NCBI GenBank assembly: GCA_007376395.1 | Contig: VMGE01000007.1 | Span: 8,037-72,036 of the forward strand | Length of the DNA stretch: 64,000 nucleotides | Source of the DNA: Microgenomates group bacterium Gr01-1014_5 | GTDB taxonomy: Bacteria > Patescibacteriota > Microgenomatia > UBA8517 > UBA10165 | Direction: 5' to 3' | Part shown: positions 58,901-64,000 of the stretch, piece by piece | How positions within the stretch are numbered: the first letter of the stretch is position 1 | Layout of the letters: each line of letters opens with the position of its first letter | Made by a program: the position numbers and the translations under genes | Notes under the pieces: generated by a model | Database searches by the model: none | The model's input: the letters and a program-made list of their open reading frames with translations, nothing else | Told to the model about the DNA's origin: nothing

Positions 58901-60830
58901 AGATAACAACTGGAGTGTTACCGCGGCAGGAGTTGCAACTTTTGCTTCGTGTTCGGGATGCGGCAGTAGCGGACCTTGGAATAACATAACAGATCCAACC
59001 GGCACACAAACACTCGCTTTCGGTGATGCAGAGCTTACTGCGTGGACAACCGCTTCTGACACCGAAACATTCTTGACCATGACTGCCAGCGCATTAACCA
59101 CTGGCAAGATTTTGGATATTGCGACAAGCAACAATACCTTTACCACCGGAACACTTGTTAACATAGCTTCCACCTCCACCGCTCTGACCAGCGGTAAGTT
59201 CCTGAACATCAACAATGGCTCGGACATCTTCTCTGTTTCCAACACCGACTTTACTACCGCGCTTCCTGCCAACTTCACCGCTTCAGGCGACGTATCTATC
59301 GCTTACGACATCAACTTCACCAACCCAACAGCGTCTTATATCAAAAGTTCTGCTCCCCTCTCTATAGAAGCGGGAGAAACCTTTAATTCATCCAATTTGA
59401 CATTGAAAACGTACAATTCCGGACTTTTGAATGTGGACGCGGCAGGCGGATCACTCTTTACCAAAAGCGCGGGAACAGTTGCCTCGATTAACCGCACCAC
59501 CAGCGACGGTACTATTATAGATTGGCAACGGGACGGCGCATCAGTGGGTGTAATCTCTGTTGCTAGTGGTGTTCTTACTTATGGAACATTTACCGGTTCC
59601 CACTACGCGTGGACTGACGAAACAATTGAAAAAGGAATGCTGGTGAGCTTAACTGGAAACAATAGAAGCCTGAATAACAACAGTAATTCCGAAATACTCT
59701 ATGGCATTACGAAAACCCCTACTGCAAACGATTCAAAAATACTAGGTTCTTACCTAAGTATTCTTGAATCAGACCAACCCGCTTCAAATACCAATCCGCA
59801 CCTGGTTATGGCTGCCGGAAACGGCGATATGTGGGTAGCTGATTATGGGTCAAATCTGGAAAATGGCGACTACCTCATTTCTTCGGGCACGGCTGGACAC
59901 GCTATGAAGGACGACGGAACCTACAAACCGGCCTACATCATCGCCAGAGTCGCCCAGCCGGTTGACTGGAATGAGATTTCAGAAACAATTGACGACAATG
60001 GCACGCCAAGAAAACACGCCAGAATTTCCATTACTTTTGAAATGTACAAAGAAAATAACCTCACCGAGCTTTTTGCTTCTCTTGGTAGTTCGGTCGAGCA
60101 ATTACTCGCGCTCACCAGCACGATAACCAAAGACCTCGCGGGCAGAATACACATCCCGTCATTGATAGCTAACCTCATCCAAACCGACACGCTTATTTCA
60201 CCGGTTGTTGAAACAACCGAAATCAAGACCGGCGGCGCCGACTTAACTGTAAATTTGGCCAATCCAGCTTCTAACCTCCAACCTCCAACCTCTGCCTTTG
60301 GCAAGCTTCTTGTCAAAGGCAACCTCGAAGTTACCGGCGACGCCACTATTTCCGGAACCCTCTATGCAGATAAGATCAAAGCAAATCAAATCGAAGGGCT
60401 AACGGGTACGTTTAGCGAGCTCATCGCCTCACAGTCTGCAGTCCAAAATCTGGCGTTCGAGAGGGCTACCCAAACCACCCAATCGGTAGTTGAGCGTATA
60501 AGGGGACGCCTTGAACAACTGGAAGGCTCGGTTGCCGCCTCAGCCGCCAGCAGTCAGGCCAGACAACAAATTAAGGATATGCTAACAGAAACTGCTCAAA
60601 CTTCCCCGCTCTTGTCCTTTAGCCCCGGCACTTGGGACACTGCCGCGGCTACTGATTCGGCAAATTTGGCTTCCCTTGATACCCTTGGTACTCTTGATAC
60701 ACTTGCCACTCTCAACCTTGCCGGTGACTTTAACGTCTACGGCTCAACCCGCCTCTCAAACACTTTTGTCTATGACGGCGCAGTTACTATCGCGAACACG
60801 GCAACTAACGAATCTCTTTACATCCCTTGA
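43908..60830 (+). CDS. giant (5640 aa) membrane-anchored G/T/A/S-rich repeat protein
   Basis: N-terminal SSATIRRKMSSLGRFLRW (SAM-like), one TM, GNVGIG repeats, duplicated modules, C-terminal TFTGSH...GDYLISS..GHAMK. Confidence 0.93.
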   Translation: MSNLPNISPELLAKYQSEIENLHSSATIRRKMSSLGRFLRWGSANGHFPSAAAGVVVVSPSTGETTFTPPIKDVESFVKEAGNQATRKPGNPTTGKAEFWWEKNQGVGKLSTSENQQNGSGNQGVGFSAKAYFKVGLFTLTGLTAVALAFFLLKELPKGNKSVFVALSGFAQGLLGVSEGQNTSDSGGQETSTSGNQDTGTSDTPADGSTDTPTTDTQTSDTLTARILNLIGSDPLIRALGGPLLLNSLGITLKTDTGSDGNITLAPDGEGQVLLRSSTTSKDSFSVTNSNLTSGNLISGLVGHDGSNYNLFSLSSGSEPVERFTVDSHGNTVIGGTVQTGGQLTSPSVVTQQLSVERDISLTGNLLVGGVTRLNSAGRLASITGFYQDSGLFEIDQGSADSARITKYPTAAQGPSTADSVTYKVDESRTTNSAYDTLVLYRTGGTSSAYALDIRDGNLHVADNSTFDGDVTVSGTLTANINSSTLTAGALTVTGNTTMGGDLAINGGDLTSTASTFNFLTSNATTVNLATAATSLSVGASTGTTTVNNALTVTGAFTANGPVSLGDGDDTVTINGTTFTSTETSPITFNIADGIVDAWDLQEGTRNYINVNTTNTSEAVQFGNATTNPSFGFLGTGAVTIAGSAEGTNALVITAGDITATAGDINLNSSTPDIKTSATGTGSLFNANLTTLNIGGALTTLNIADSTTTKTIDIGGVTASGTDTINVATEGTLADVITIGNTNASTTLALTGGDDWNLAATGVLTLSASAAQTTAIVITDTDYTNALSIADNNITGTTYSLIGTAASIDFSEFDVSASTGSVTINDTADAGAFLVEGTNLDINSLDFVAAGTITAASGQGLTLSTTSADIALTTATSGNINLTTGAATGLANILTGNLKVGNGTPTVSLDGEDAYVEGTLEVDGATTLDGALTVAGTLTANGTVAIGDGGDAITLSGTTITLTANTSGNDITLNLTDNNADALDIQEGANNYLNVGTLDAGATMVFGNATTNPTFGFLGTGLITIAGAGAETNSLTLTTGNITLTDGDLTLSGGEISATADDTTGTSFSFTGVNTTGDTLGVTANSLSSGNALNIGVNSTGAASNTQKGLNIALSGTNSTTTQTTYGAHISNTHAGTLSTNVGLYATATGGTTANYAAIFEAGNVGIGDTTPDAFLEVLGITEQLRLTYTDGTVDSRFTVDSSGNLTINQTGTAGYVRIGDSGTPGVATGDDDLYVEGDLEADGTLTVAGAATFASSGSFDSLTVGGGYGATGVTISNAGAISANGALIVDSTSLLTGAVTITGVAEGTASLTQTLGDHVITDGDLTLSGGEISATADDATGTSFSFTGVSTTGDTLGITANSLTSGTALTIASTGTAFNGELLTLSKTGASGSTAFTSDIANVTYSQTFNGGVGLASTGNVLDVSRAIILDNAGNTHTISGALVALSSNGTQTAGTLTDTANVLSLTQSYASATGAVLSFANSGAGVDILGTSSTWQVTKAGAGTFASLSTGAGAISGGAGSFTTLTSSGASTIGTGSSLTNTFGSGASSINTIGAVTTPGALTLHGATTLDNTFTVSGSNLTSLGGNLTVTGTAWTATPTISGLITATSGLTANGTLTANTDVDFVFASTENFTIANTTAGAGDVLGLSFTSANSTDGIDIAFTDTADAAADTISGLNISLTSAADANDTLSAINIAALTGNTALEYAINIGSGWDTDINATTSLEIGIGGTNELTLTTTAFSPSTSDGSALGTGSLMWSDLFLANLSVINFNNGDVTITHATDALTIAGGAVTITGVAEGTASLTQTLGDHVITDGDLTLSGGEISATADDATGTNFSFTTGGLTTGTGLGVSTTASASTAFTGDTLSVSLSQNWTAASSPTNTGNILDLSRALTVGVAGQTVTQSGALAKLSSSGTETTGDIADSSNILLLEQNCGTGVTCSGAVLKITNSGTGADIALKNDETISNSTNGTIAFGADKLTLATAAVGGNLVTANYAGAATQTSALFGLNFDISTNVTVPNTASGNQTGLSLTVKDGGSSATAIGVNLAGTFDRGLDFSSSTISSGGSIIFNDTSSTIDLAAVADNVLEITNSLGTTANDNLITLEIDANTDASDKILLRVVSEVGGVEQTKFSVDSDGDVIAGGTFSAVEINCTDCLDFTDLEDTLDLDAALVLNQTTNTWSQTFTGDTTVGLTYTANSLTTGTAVRLTSSGTITTGGEILDLVGNGITTGNLVTGSTTALTSGSALSLTGPSAATVGITGSFVNLTSDVGASGKVLSSTATIDSTGVGAEAYNLYAATTNSNSTNTNTVNGIYSTLTDAVALGNTNYGIRSVLSNTGANTAGTKKAYGLYSNVTNTSAGIGGSAETYGGYFSVTPDTAGSATAYGLYVTTTAAADTSYGIDIEGAGNFTYDIDLQYDETISNATDGTIAFGVGGSAEVNLTATDLSPAVSDGNALGTTALMWSDLFLANLSVVNFNNGDVTLTHSTDLLTIAGGGVTFDGAVTANTDVDFVFAGNENATITNTTNTLGASGMLDLASTGSTTDTRTLDLSTTFSSTGATTSYGLYNAWTSSAVVTGASVSQTAYGSYNTAAKTGADDATGTYTLYGTYNTASNTGRTAVGTVNTYGGYFSATGDTAGTSSTYGLYSIALSGDTGYGLYIGDGTATTDYGIYQSATTDDNYFAGNVGIGDTTPDALLEINQGDMFFYGNTHGAAAGTDYNAFNNGIAFIDGNSGTGAGNYSSLITGVANGTWGADLQFITRAAAGGAATEKMRIRADGNVGIGDTTPAALFTVGNTDLFQVSSTGGAVTIAGVAEGTASLTQTLGDHVITDGDLTLSGGEIAATSDDATGTNFSFTTGALSTGLGIGIVSTSQAITSGGLLSGTLTSSSATGSFSGDIGLLSTSRTNATALQTLTDSGNILDLGRTTITNHASATTNVTGSILNISNIATQTLGTLTDSANLVVVTQDADATGALLHLVSNRSSTNYSLLIEQTSGGTDTLSLTDAGNLAILGDLTITGGNITSALTLDSTLTVTGTTTLNGIANIGDGGDAITLSGTTITLTANGVGNDITFNLVDNNADALDIQESTNNYINIGTLDAGAAMVFGNAGTNPTYSFSGSGAVTITGSAEGTASLTQTTGDHVITDGDLTLSSGEITATSDDTTGTSFSFSGTNQSGDLMGITANSLTTGTALSLSSTSTAGGASGVSKMIDINRTGTNAQLAHTAYGIYSAVSTGNVTSGTNIAGYFSASNATTANYGLIVENGSVGIGITAPATTLDIDSNSNTQNLRLRGTAGTTEIADMFIRASGALVLGTENTGAALAYVEIDPEDNEYGLILRDSNTGAGTSATYANLYTTDATVDYLNIVVGATTATAGLVIDDDNQVGINTVTPEFPLDVYTATDVYAVAFGDNTSSNSNLRIAGTAGGATGYGLIQMFQGNTTGGNLVLQSAAGSVGIGTTAPDAALEINHATGDSLRLTYNDSNGTAANYTDFSLSSTGALTLTGSAATLGASATAEKTFFTLTPGTITLTAPTAVTSLMETAVITGSTIAASAATTVNNAAGLSISAPIDSTNATLTTSSALRILDITSGAGTLTTQYGIYIDAPTGGATSNIGLYNAGTTTLVGAVTNAGGISGGAGSFTTLAASSTLAVTGDTTLTGDLAVNGGDLTTTATTFNLLNAMTGTLNFGGGVDTVNIGAAGGAATTINVVGAVAFSGSTGVGLSIATGGLTVTAGGATITAGNLGIGVAVNTAISARANSTALLTADQIGFYSDPIFTTAATTKGAGFLSSFRTAGSTTMTDGYGYLVESPAIGALSAITNFYGVYVKNQNSALITNAYGVYIAAQTTAVTTNIGLYNAGTTTLVGATYINDTSNANSTTGLTINQGASDDQIFALKSSDVLHGMTAVVETDTFAAFYKTSAGGGGLEIDSTTDADTEANRPAFLVQATSGVAADTTKTTSGRGVFEIRSGLVSGTGRADVGTNGSLMAVLNNATARFIIDAEGDTWQDGDVSLNGGDVTTAATTATLFNTTATTLSLGGGATTALNLGNGTSSYTAINLGAGAAAVNGINIGGTGANVIAIGNTQTAGSVAIGAAMTGGTITIGGTGLQTGTIALGTGTGAQAINLGTGGTGTKTVILGGLDGNSVTTINSGAGAINIGTAIGKTINIGNIGVTLNVTSGTGSQTYASSVATTATTSSAFVFTGNSLTTGTGSYFNSSSLTTGKLVDINTGSANTFTTGTLLNIASTSTALTSGKFLNISNGSDIFTVTNTDFTTSLPANFTSAGDVGIAYDINFTNPTASYIKSLAPLYIQAGESFASQDLTLKTYNQGSVVIDSSVTTGTGVNMTNIGLTTGTGMLLAHTTSVIAAGGSLARISSTGIDTSTTTGVLLDLSSTASTAGTQFLQTYSGLTTGIGQSIVANALTTGEAFIIPHTTSVIADGGSLARITSSSVDTGGATNGVLLDLASTGSTAGTQFLQTYSALTTGIGQSIVTNALAGGSALSLASSSTAFTGDMIAVTLSGSNAANTGNLLDLTNSGTSNTNTTAYIKHYATGTNNLAFRIDDVSGDTTPFAVDGTGSVGIGTTAPQGNLEIYNNTNAATTPLFSIRSDFNIIGNYGMIRFGDYTQTTAYQKGAIIYESVSGAARGKFHIALENTDGAGTVALTDARLTVLSSGAIGINDVTPDAFLEVLGTTEQLRLTYTDGTVDTRFTVGSGGDLTIDASTDGSGSETLTLTGFTTLTATGVAGSFDSLTVGGGYGSTGVTISNAGAISADGDAIIAGGQTTVGAGGAGAIGVSLGTTSLTAAQSSVLNLQGYGQENEWVGMGMYYSGSAWTAAAISAFQLQHSGSNFQIYGDASLTVGGTYTPTLRFTIAAATGNITSTGDLALNGGDLTTTATTATLFDTTATTLSLGGAATTLLNLGNGTGNYTAINLGSSTGTHTINIAGTGATGIDTINIGTGGTAADTINIGNGATANTIAIGSSSSTTVSITDNNWSVTAAGVATFASCSGCGSSGPWNNITDPTGTQTLAFGDAELTAWTTASDTETFLTMTASALTTGKILDIATSNNTFTTGTLVNIASTSTALTSGKFLNINNGSDIFSVSNTDFTTALPANFTASGDVSIAYDINFTNPTASYIKSSAPLSIEAGETFNSSNLTLKTYNSGLLNVDAAGGSLFTKSAGTVASINRTTSDGTIIDWQRDGASVGVISVASGVLTYGTFTGSHYAWTDETIEKGMLVSLTGNNRSLNNNSNSEILYGITKTPTANDSKILGSYLSILESDQPASNTNPHLVMAAGNGDMWVADYGSNLENGDYLISSGTAGHAMKDDGTYKPAYIIARVAQPVDWNEISETIDDNGTPRKHARISITFEMYKENNLTELFASLGSSVEQLLALTSTITKDLAGRIHIPSLIANLIQTDTLISPVVETTEIKTGGADLTVNLANPASNLQPPTSAFGKLLVKGNLEVTGDATISGTLYADKIKANQIEGLTGTFSELIASQSAVQNLAFERATQTTQSVVERIRGRLEQLEGSVAASAASSQARQQIKDMLTETAQTSPLLSFSPGTWDTAAATDSANLASLDTLGTLDTLATLNLAGDFNVYGSTRLSNTFVYDGAVTIANTATNESLYIP

Positions 60831-61363
60831 TTATCAATGGTGATGGTTTAGTACTAATTAACAATTTGACAGTTAACGGAACGCTCGCCGTCTCAACAAT
60901 TACGCCAAACGGCGGTGATTTGACCTTAGATCTTTCCCCCCAAAACCCTCAACTCCCTCAATCCGCCTTCGGCAGCCTTTTGGTAAAAGGCGCCGACGGC
61001 TCGACCGTCGCCTCAATTGACGCCTCGGGCTCGGCGACTCTGCGGAAGCTAATCATCGCCGCTCCCTCATTACCCTCAACTCCCTCAGCTCAAATCGCAG
61101 GCGAAGTCGCGAGCAACGCCACCGCCGGCCATGCAATTATCCCGGCTGGATACGCAGATTTGAAGATTTACAATAAGAATGTCACCAGCGATACTTTAGT
61201 GTATGTTACCGCCACTTCCCAAACCGGAAACCAGGTTATCTATGTCAAGAACAAAACAGCTCATACCGGAATAGTTGACGGTTATTTTACAGTTTCAATT
61301 GACCTTCCCTACGGCTCAGATATCGAATTTAACTGGTGGATAATAGATTTGAAGGAAAATTAG
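60827..61363 (+). CDS. probable frameshifted C-terminus of the giant protein
   Basis: No ATG; same composition; DL..L...AFG.LLVKG repeats the motif near 60240; ends FNWWII. Confidence 0.7.
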   Translation: MIINGDGLVLINNLTVNGTLAVSTITPNGGDLTLDLSPQNPQLPQSAFGSLLVKGADGSTVASIDASGSATLRKLIIAAPSLPSTPSAQIAGEVASNATAGHAIIPAGYADLKIYNKNVTSDTLVYVTATSQTGNQVIYVKNKTAHTGIVDGYFTVSIDLPYGSDIEFNWWIIDLKEN

Positions 61364-61369
61364 TCAAAT

Positions 61370-61930
61370 ATGTCAAATTTGTCCAATAAGTCTAATTCTA
61401 ATGGAGGTTACCGCAACCTAGTTGCCTATCAACTAGCGGTGGTTATTTTCGACCTGAATGATCTTTTTGTTAAAAGCTATATCGATCCCCGCTCAAGAAC
61501 CAAAGACCAAATGGAACAAGCCGCGCGCTCCGGAAAGCAAAACATTGTCGAAGCTTCGCTTCTTCGCAGTCTGGAAGGGAATATCAAACTAACCGGCGTT
61601 GCGCGGGGAAGTTTTGGAGAGTTACTCGAAGATTACGAAGATTTCTTGAGAACTCGTGGCTTAAAACTTTGGGGAAAGGACGATCCTCGAGTTCTGGAAA
61701 TCCGAAGAATTCGGGTTTCCTCGAATAAGTCTAATTTGTCTAATTGGACTAATTCACCGGAGAGTTTTTGTAATTTGATGATCACTCTACTTCACCTTGA
61801 AAATTACCTTTTAGACCAGCTTTTAAGAAAGCTTGAGGAAAAGTTCGTTAACGAAGGCGGCTTCCGGGAAAACCTTTTCCGCCGCCGTTTAGAAAGGAAA
61901 TTTGGCAATGGTCTTACCGCCAGAAAGTAA
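61370..61930 (+). CDS. four-helix-bundle protein with suffix domain
   Basis: GGYRNL.AY, RTKDQMEQAARSGKQNI.E, LEEKFVNEGGFRENL; 9-mer GTCnAATnn repeats. Confidence 0.92.
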   Translation: MSNLSNKSNSNGGYRNLVAYQLAVVIFDLNDLFVKSYIDPRSRTKDQMEQAARSGKQNIVEASLLRSLEGNIKLTGVARGSFGELLEDYEDFLRTRGLKLWGKDDPRVLEIRRIRVSSNKSNLSNWTNSPESFCNLMITLLHLENYLLDQLLRKLEEKFVNEGGFRENLFRRRLERKFGNGLTARK

Positions 61931-61937
61931 AACTATT

Positions 61938-62501
61938 ATGAAAAAGGCTAAAAATCCGAAAAATACCAACTATCAAATCGATATGTCTGGGAAAATTGAA
62001 CAAACTAATAAAGATACTGTATTGGCTTACTCAAACGCAGAGCAATATTCCGTTGCCATTCCTAAAAAAGTTAAAAGGCAAGTCCAGGAATTTTTCAGAC
62101 GCCAGGGGCTTACAAGGCTGTATGTTTATACCCTATTCTCTTTAGGAATTTTCTACCTATTAAAAAATATTAAAGGCAGGCACGACATAATCATAGATCT
62201 TGAGTATCCTGGAAGAGACAAGCTTATCAAAAGTCTCATAAAAGCATTCATGGAATCTCGCAATAGGGATATCTCTTACATAAAATTCTCACGAATCGGC
62301 AATCGGCCAAAGGCCCACTACGCTGCTAAAAATGTATTTGATAAAAAAGTGAAGCCGAACTATACAATTAAACTTGAAGATGTAAATAATGCACTAAAAA
62401 AGGCTGGTGGGCGTTTAAGAGAGTGTTTTTCAACTCTGGTCGACGCTCAGTCCCAGCCTATGACAAAAAGTATACCAAAAAAGAGGAATAAAGTCAAATG
62501 A
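61938..62501 (+). CDS. RNase H-fold / DUF3800-like protein, copy A
   Basis: YQIDMSGKIEQT, IIIDLEYPG, AH..A; start set to ATG 61938. Confidence 0.65.
   Translation: MKKAKNPKNTNYQIDMSGKIEQTNKDTVLAYSNAEQYSVAIPKKVKRQVQEFFRRQGLTRLYVYTLFSLGIFYLLKNIKGRHDIIIDLEYPGRDKLIKSLIKAFMESRNRDISYIKFSRIGNRPKAHYAAKNVFDKKVKPNYTIKLEDVNNALKKAGGRLRECFSTLVDAQSQPMTKSIPKKRNKVK
62396..62462 (-). ncRNA. convergent small RNA A
   Basis: Minus strand TTGACT-17-TATACT (62497-62469); AGGCTGG/CCAGCCT stem; T-tract. Confidence 0.7.
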
Positions 62502-62791
62502 AAAAGCTAATAAGTCAAGTCAACCCATTCAAGCCATTACTGGTTCTCTACCCTCTCCTTTGGAGGTTCGTTCCTGGCTTTAAAAAACTACCCATTATCC
62601 TCCAAAAAACTCTGTCGGCTGTTTTGTCTTTAACTATCACTATCACTAGCTTCTATTCACTGTCGTTTTTGTTTGCAAAAACGACGTCCGCTGCCTGGTT
62701 TGACGACTCCTGGTCTTACCGCCAGCGGGTGGACATCACCAACTCTGGTACCGCCCAAACCGACTATACTAATAAGAAAAGGCTCTTATGA
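62498..62791 (+). pseudogene. truncated 5' copy of the DUF2341 gene
   Basis: Similar to the 63380 ORF up to AWFDDSW.YRQRVDITNSGTAQTDY, then diverges and stops. Confidence 0.8.
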
Positions 62792-63270
62792 TCAATAGAA
62801 AAAGCAAAAAATACCAAATTGACCAGTCAGGGAAAGTCGAGCAAACAGAAAGACACACTGTTTTAGCTTGCACTAACGGCAATAGCATGACTATTCTTCT
62901 GAAGAAAACTGAAAAAAGAAAACTGCAGAGGCTTTTCAAAACCGTAGGTATTTCAAAGCTGTTCCCTTATCTTACTTTCACTGCACTATTAGCTATACAG
63001 ATTAAGGTTTTCAAGCCTAAGTATAAACTTATTATAGACAGGGAGTATCTGGGACACGAGAGTTTAATTGAGGATAAATTGAAGGCATATTTAGAGGACT
63101 TGGGAGTAAAACAAACTGTGCATATTGAATTTAGCCATGTTGGTAAGTTATCAGCTGCTCATAATTTAGCCTATCTTGTAGCAATAGGTAGGAAGAAACC
63201 GGACATTACAGTTGGGGCTCAAGAGGTAATGAAGGTAATTTTAGGCACAAAAAAGATCGGAACCGTTTAA
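62788..63270 (+). CDS. RNase H-fold / DUF3800-like protein, copy B
   Basis: YQIDQSGKVEQT, LIIDREYLG, AH..A; paralog of copy A. Confidence 0.7.
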   Translation: MINRKSKKYQIDQSGKVEQTERHTVLACTNGNSMTILLKKTEKRKLQRLFKTVGISKLFPYLTFTALLAIQIKVFKPKYKLIIDREYLGHESLIEDKLKAYLEDLGVKQTVHIEFSHVGKLSAAHNLAYLVAIGRKKPDITVGAQEVMKVILGTKKIGTV

Positions 63271-63312
63271 CTCAGGAATGGATACCTGGCGATCGACGAT
63301 CTACCGACCTAT
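63249..63312 (-). ncRNA. convergent small RNA B
   Basis: Minus strand TTGACA-17-TATATT (63347-63319); AGGTCGG/CCGATCT stem; T6. Confidence 0.7.
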
Positions 63313-63347
63313 GAAAGAAATATAGCATATGAATAAACTTTTGTCAA

Positions 63348-63409
63348 CCCCGTTAGAAAAAATAAACAGCGTTTTTTCAATGCTTTTGAAAGCTAAATTT
63401 CTAACGGGG
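63348..63409. mobile_element. 62-bp MITE with TCAA duplication
   Basis: Perfect 12-bp TIR CCCCGTTAGAAA/TTTCTAACGGGG; TCAA on both sides. Confidence 0.85.
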
Positions 63410-64000
63410 TCAAGAATATTTAAACCATTATTGCTACTCTACCCACTCCTGTGGCGCTTTGTGCCTGGGTTTAAGAGGTTGCCTATTATCCTTCAAAAAA
63501 CCCTGGCAATAGTTTTGTCTTTAACCATAATTCTTAATTCATCATTCTTAATTCTCACCTTTGGCCCCTGGGCCAAGAAGGTGGAGGCCGCCTGGTTTGA
63601 CGATTCCTGGGGCTACCGCCAAAGGGTGGACATCACCAACAGCGGCACCGCCCAAACTGACTATCAGGTCTCCATAACTCTGGACACCGCCACCCTAGTC
63701 ACTGCAGGAAAAGTCCAAAGCGACTGCGATGATATTCGAATTACCGATACCAACGGTAAACTACTGCCCCATTGGGTAGAAGAAAGCAATCCGGGATGCA
63801 ATAGCGCGACGACTAAAATCTGGACCAAAGCGCCTTCCATCACCACAAGTGGCGCGACTGTCTATCTCTACTATGGCAACCCTTCCGCGTCAAATGTCGA
63901 AAATCCCACTCAAGTTTTCGTCTTTTACGATAATTTCTCGGGCGACCTCTCCCGCTGGACTAACCCCTCAGGTTGCGCGGGCGCCATCTCCTCAGGGGTT
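63380..64000 (+). CDS. DUF2341-domain surface protein (partial, runs off the window)
   Basis: TM then W.YRQRVDITN...DYQV.ITLDT...SDCDDIRITD...IW.K.P...YLYYGN. Confidence 0.88.
   Translation, partial: MLLKAKFLTGSRIFKPLLLLYPLLWRFVPGFKRLPIILQKTLAIVLSLTIILNSSFLILTFGPWAKKVEAAWFDDSWGYRQRVDITNSGTAQTDYQVSITLDTATLVTAGKVQSDCDDIRITDTNGKLLPHWVEESNPGCNSATTKIWTKAPSITTSGATVYLYYGNPSASNVENPTQVFVFYDNFSGDLSRWTNPSGCAGAISSGV

Noticed and set aside
43952-60346. Numerous minus-strand ORFs within the giant gene
   Set aside because: Antisense shadows of biased Gly/Thr/Ala/Ser codons
19296-61930. Diversity-generating retroelement suggested by Avd-like four-helix genes
   Set aside because: No reverse transcriptase in the window, and the repeat pairs inspected do not differ specifically at adenines

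Overview
Chromosomal window from a reduced bacterium. Gene content and style point to Patescibacteria/CPR, probably Microgenomates (inference). The housekeeping backbone comprises rpmB, tRNA-Thr/Tyr/Thr, rpmG, tRNA-Trp, rpsU, secE-nusG-rplK-rplA-rplJ-rplL, mreB, tRNA-Arg/Pro, ndk, an M16 peptidase, argS, comEA/comEC and leuS. Accessory parts include a ~5.2 kb large-serine-recombinase element at tRNA-Trp, an ATP-grasp/RimK cluster, cohesin/dockerin and beta-propeller proteins, and a 5640-aa surface protein with an N-terminal integrase SAM-like domain. The strongest unexplained signals are: (1) three ungapped 34-bp att-like repeats separating single-gene cassettes downstream of the recombinase element; (2) two RNase H/DUF3800-like ORFs, each with a conserved convergent small RNA and its own sigma70 promoter; (3) a four-helix-bundle gene whose inverted heptamer flanks recur, joined and gene-less, in frame inside argS, with similar in-frame inserts in many genes; (4) a complete tRNA-Pro nested inside the shell of another tRNA-Pro; (5) a TrpR-like gene bracketed by 26-bp palindromes, with a third solo copy after rplL. 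Several frameshifts and deletions in core genes (argS, ndk, mreB, galU) may be assembly errors. All family calls come from motif recognition by eye; no searches were run.
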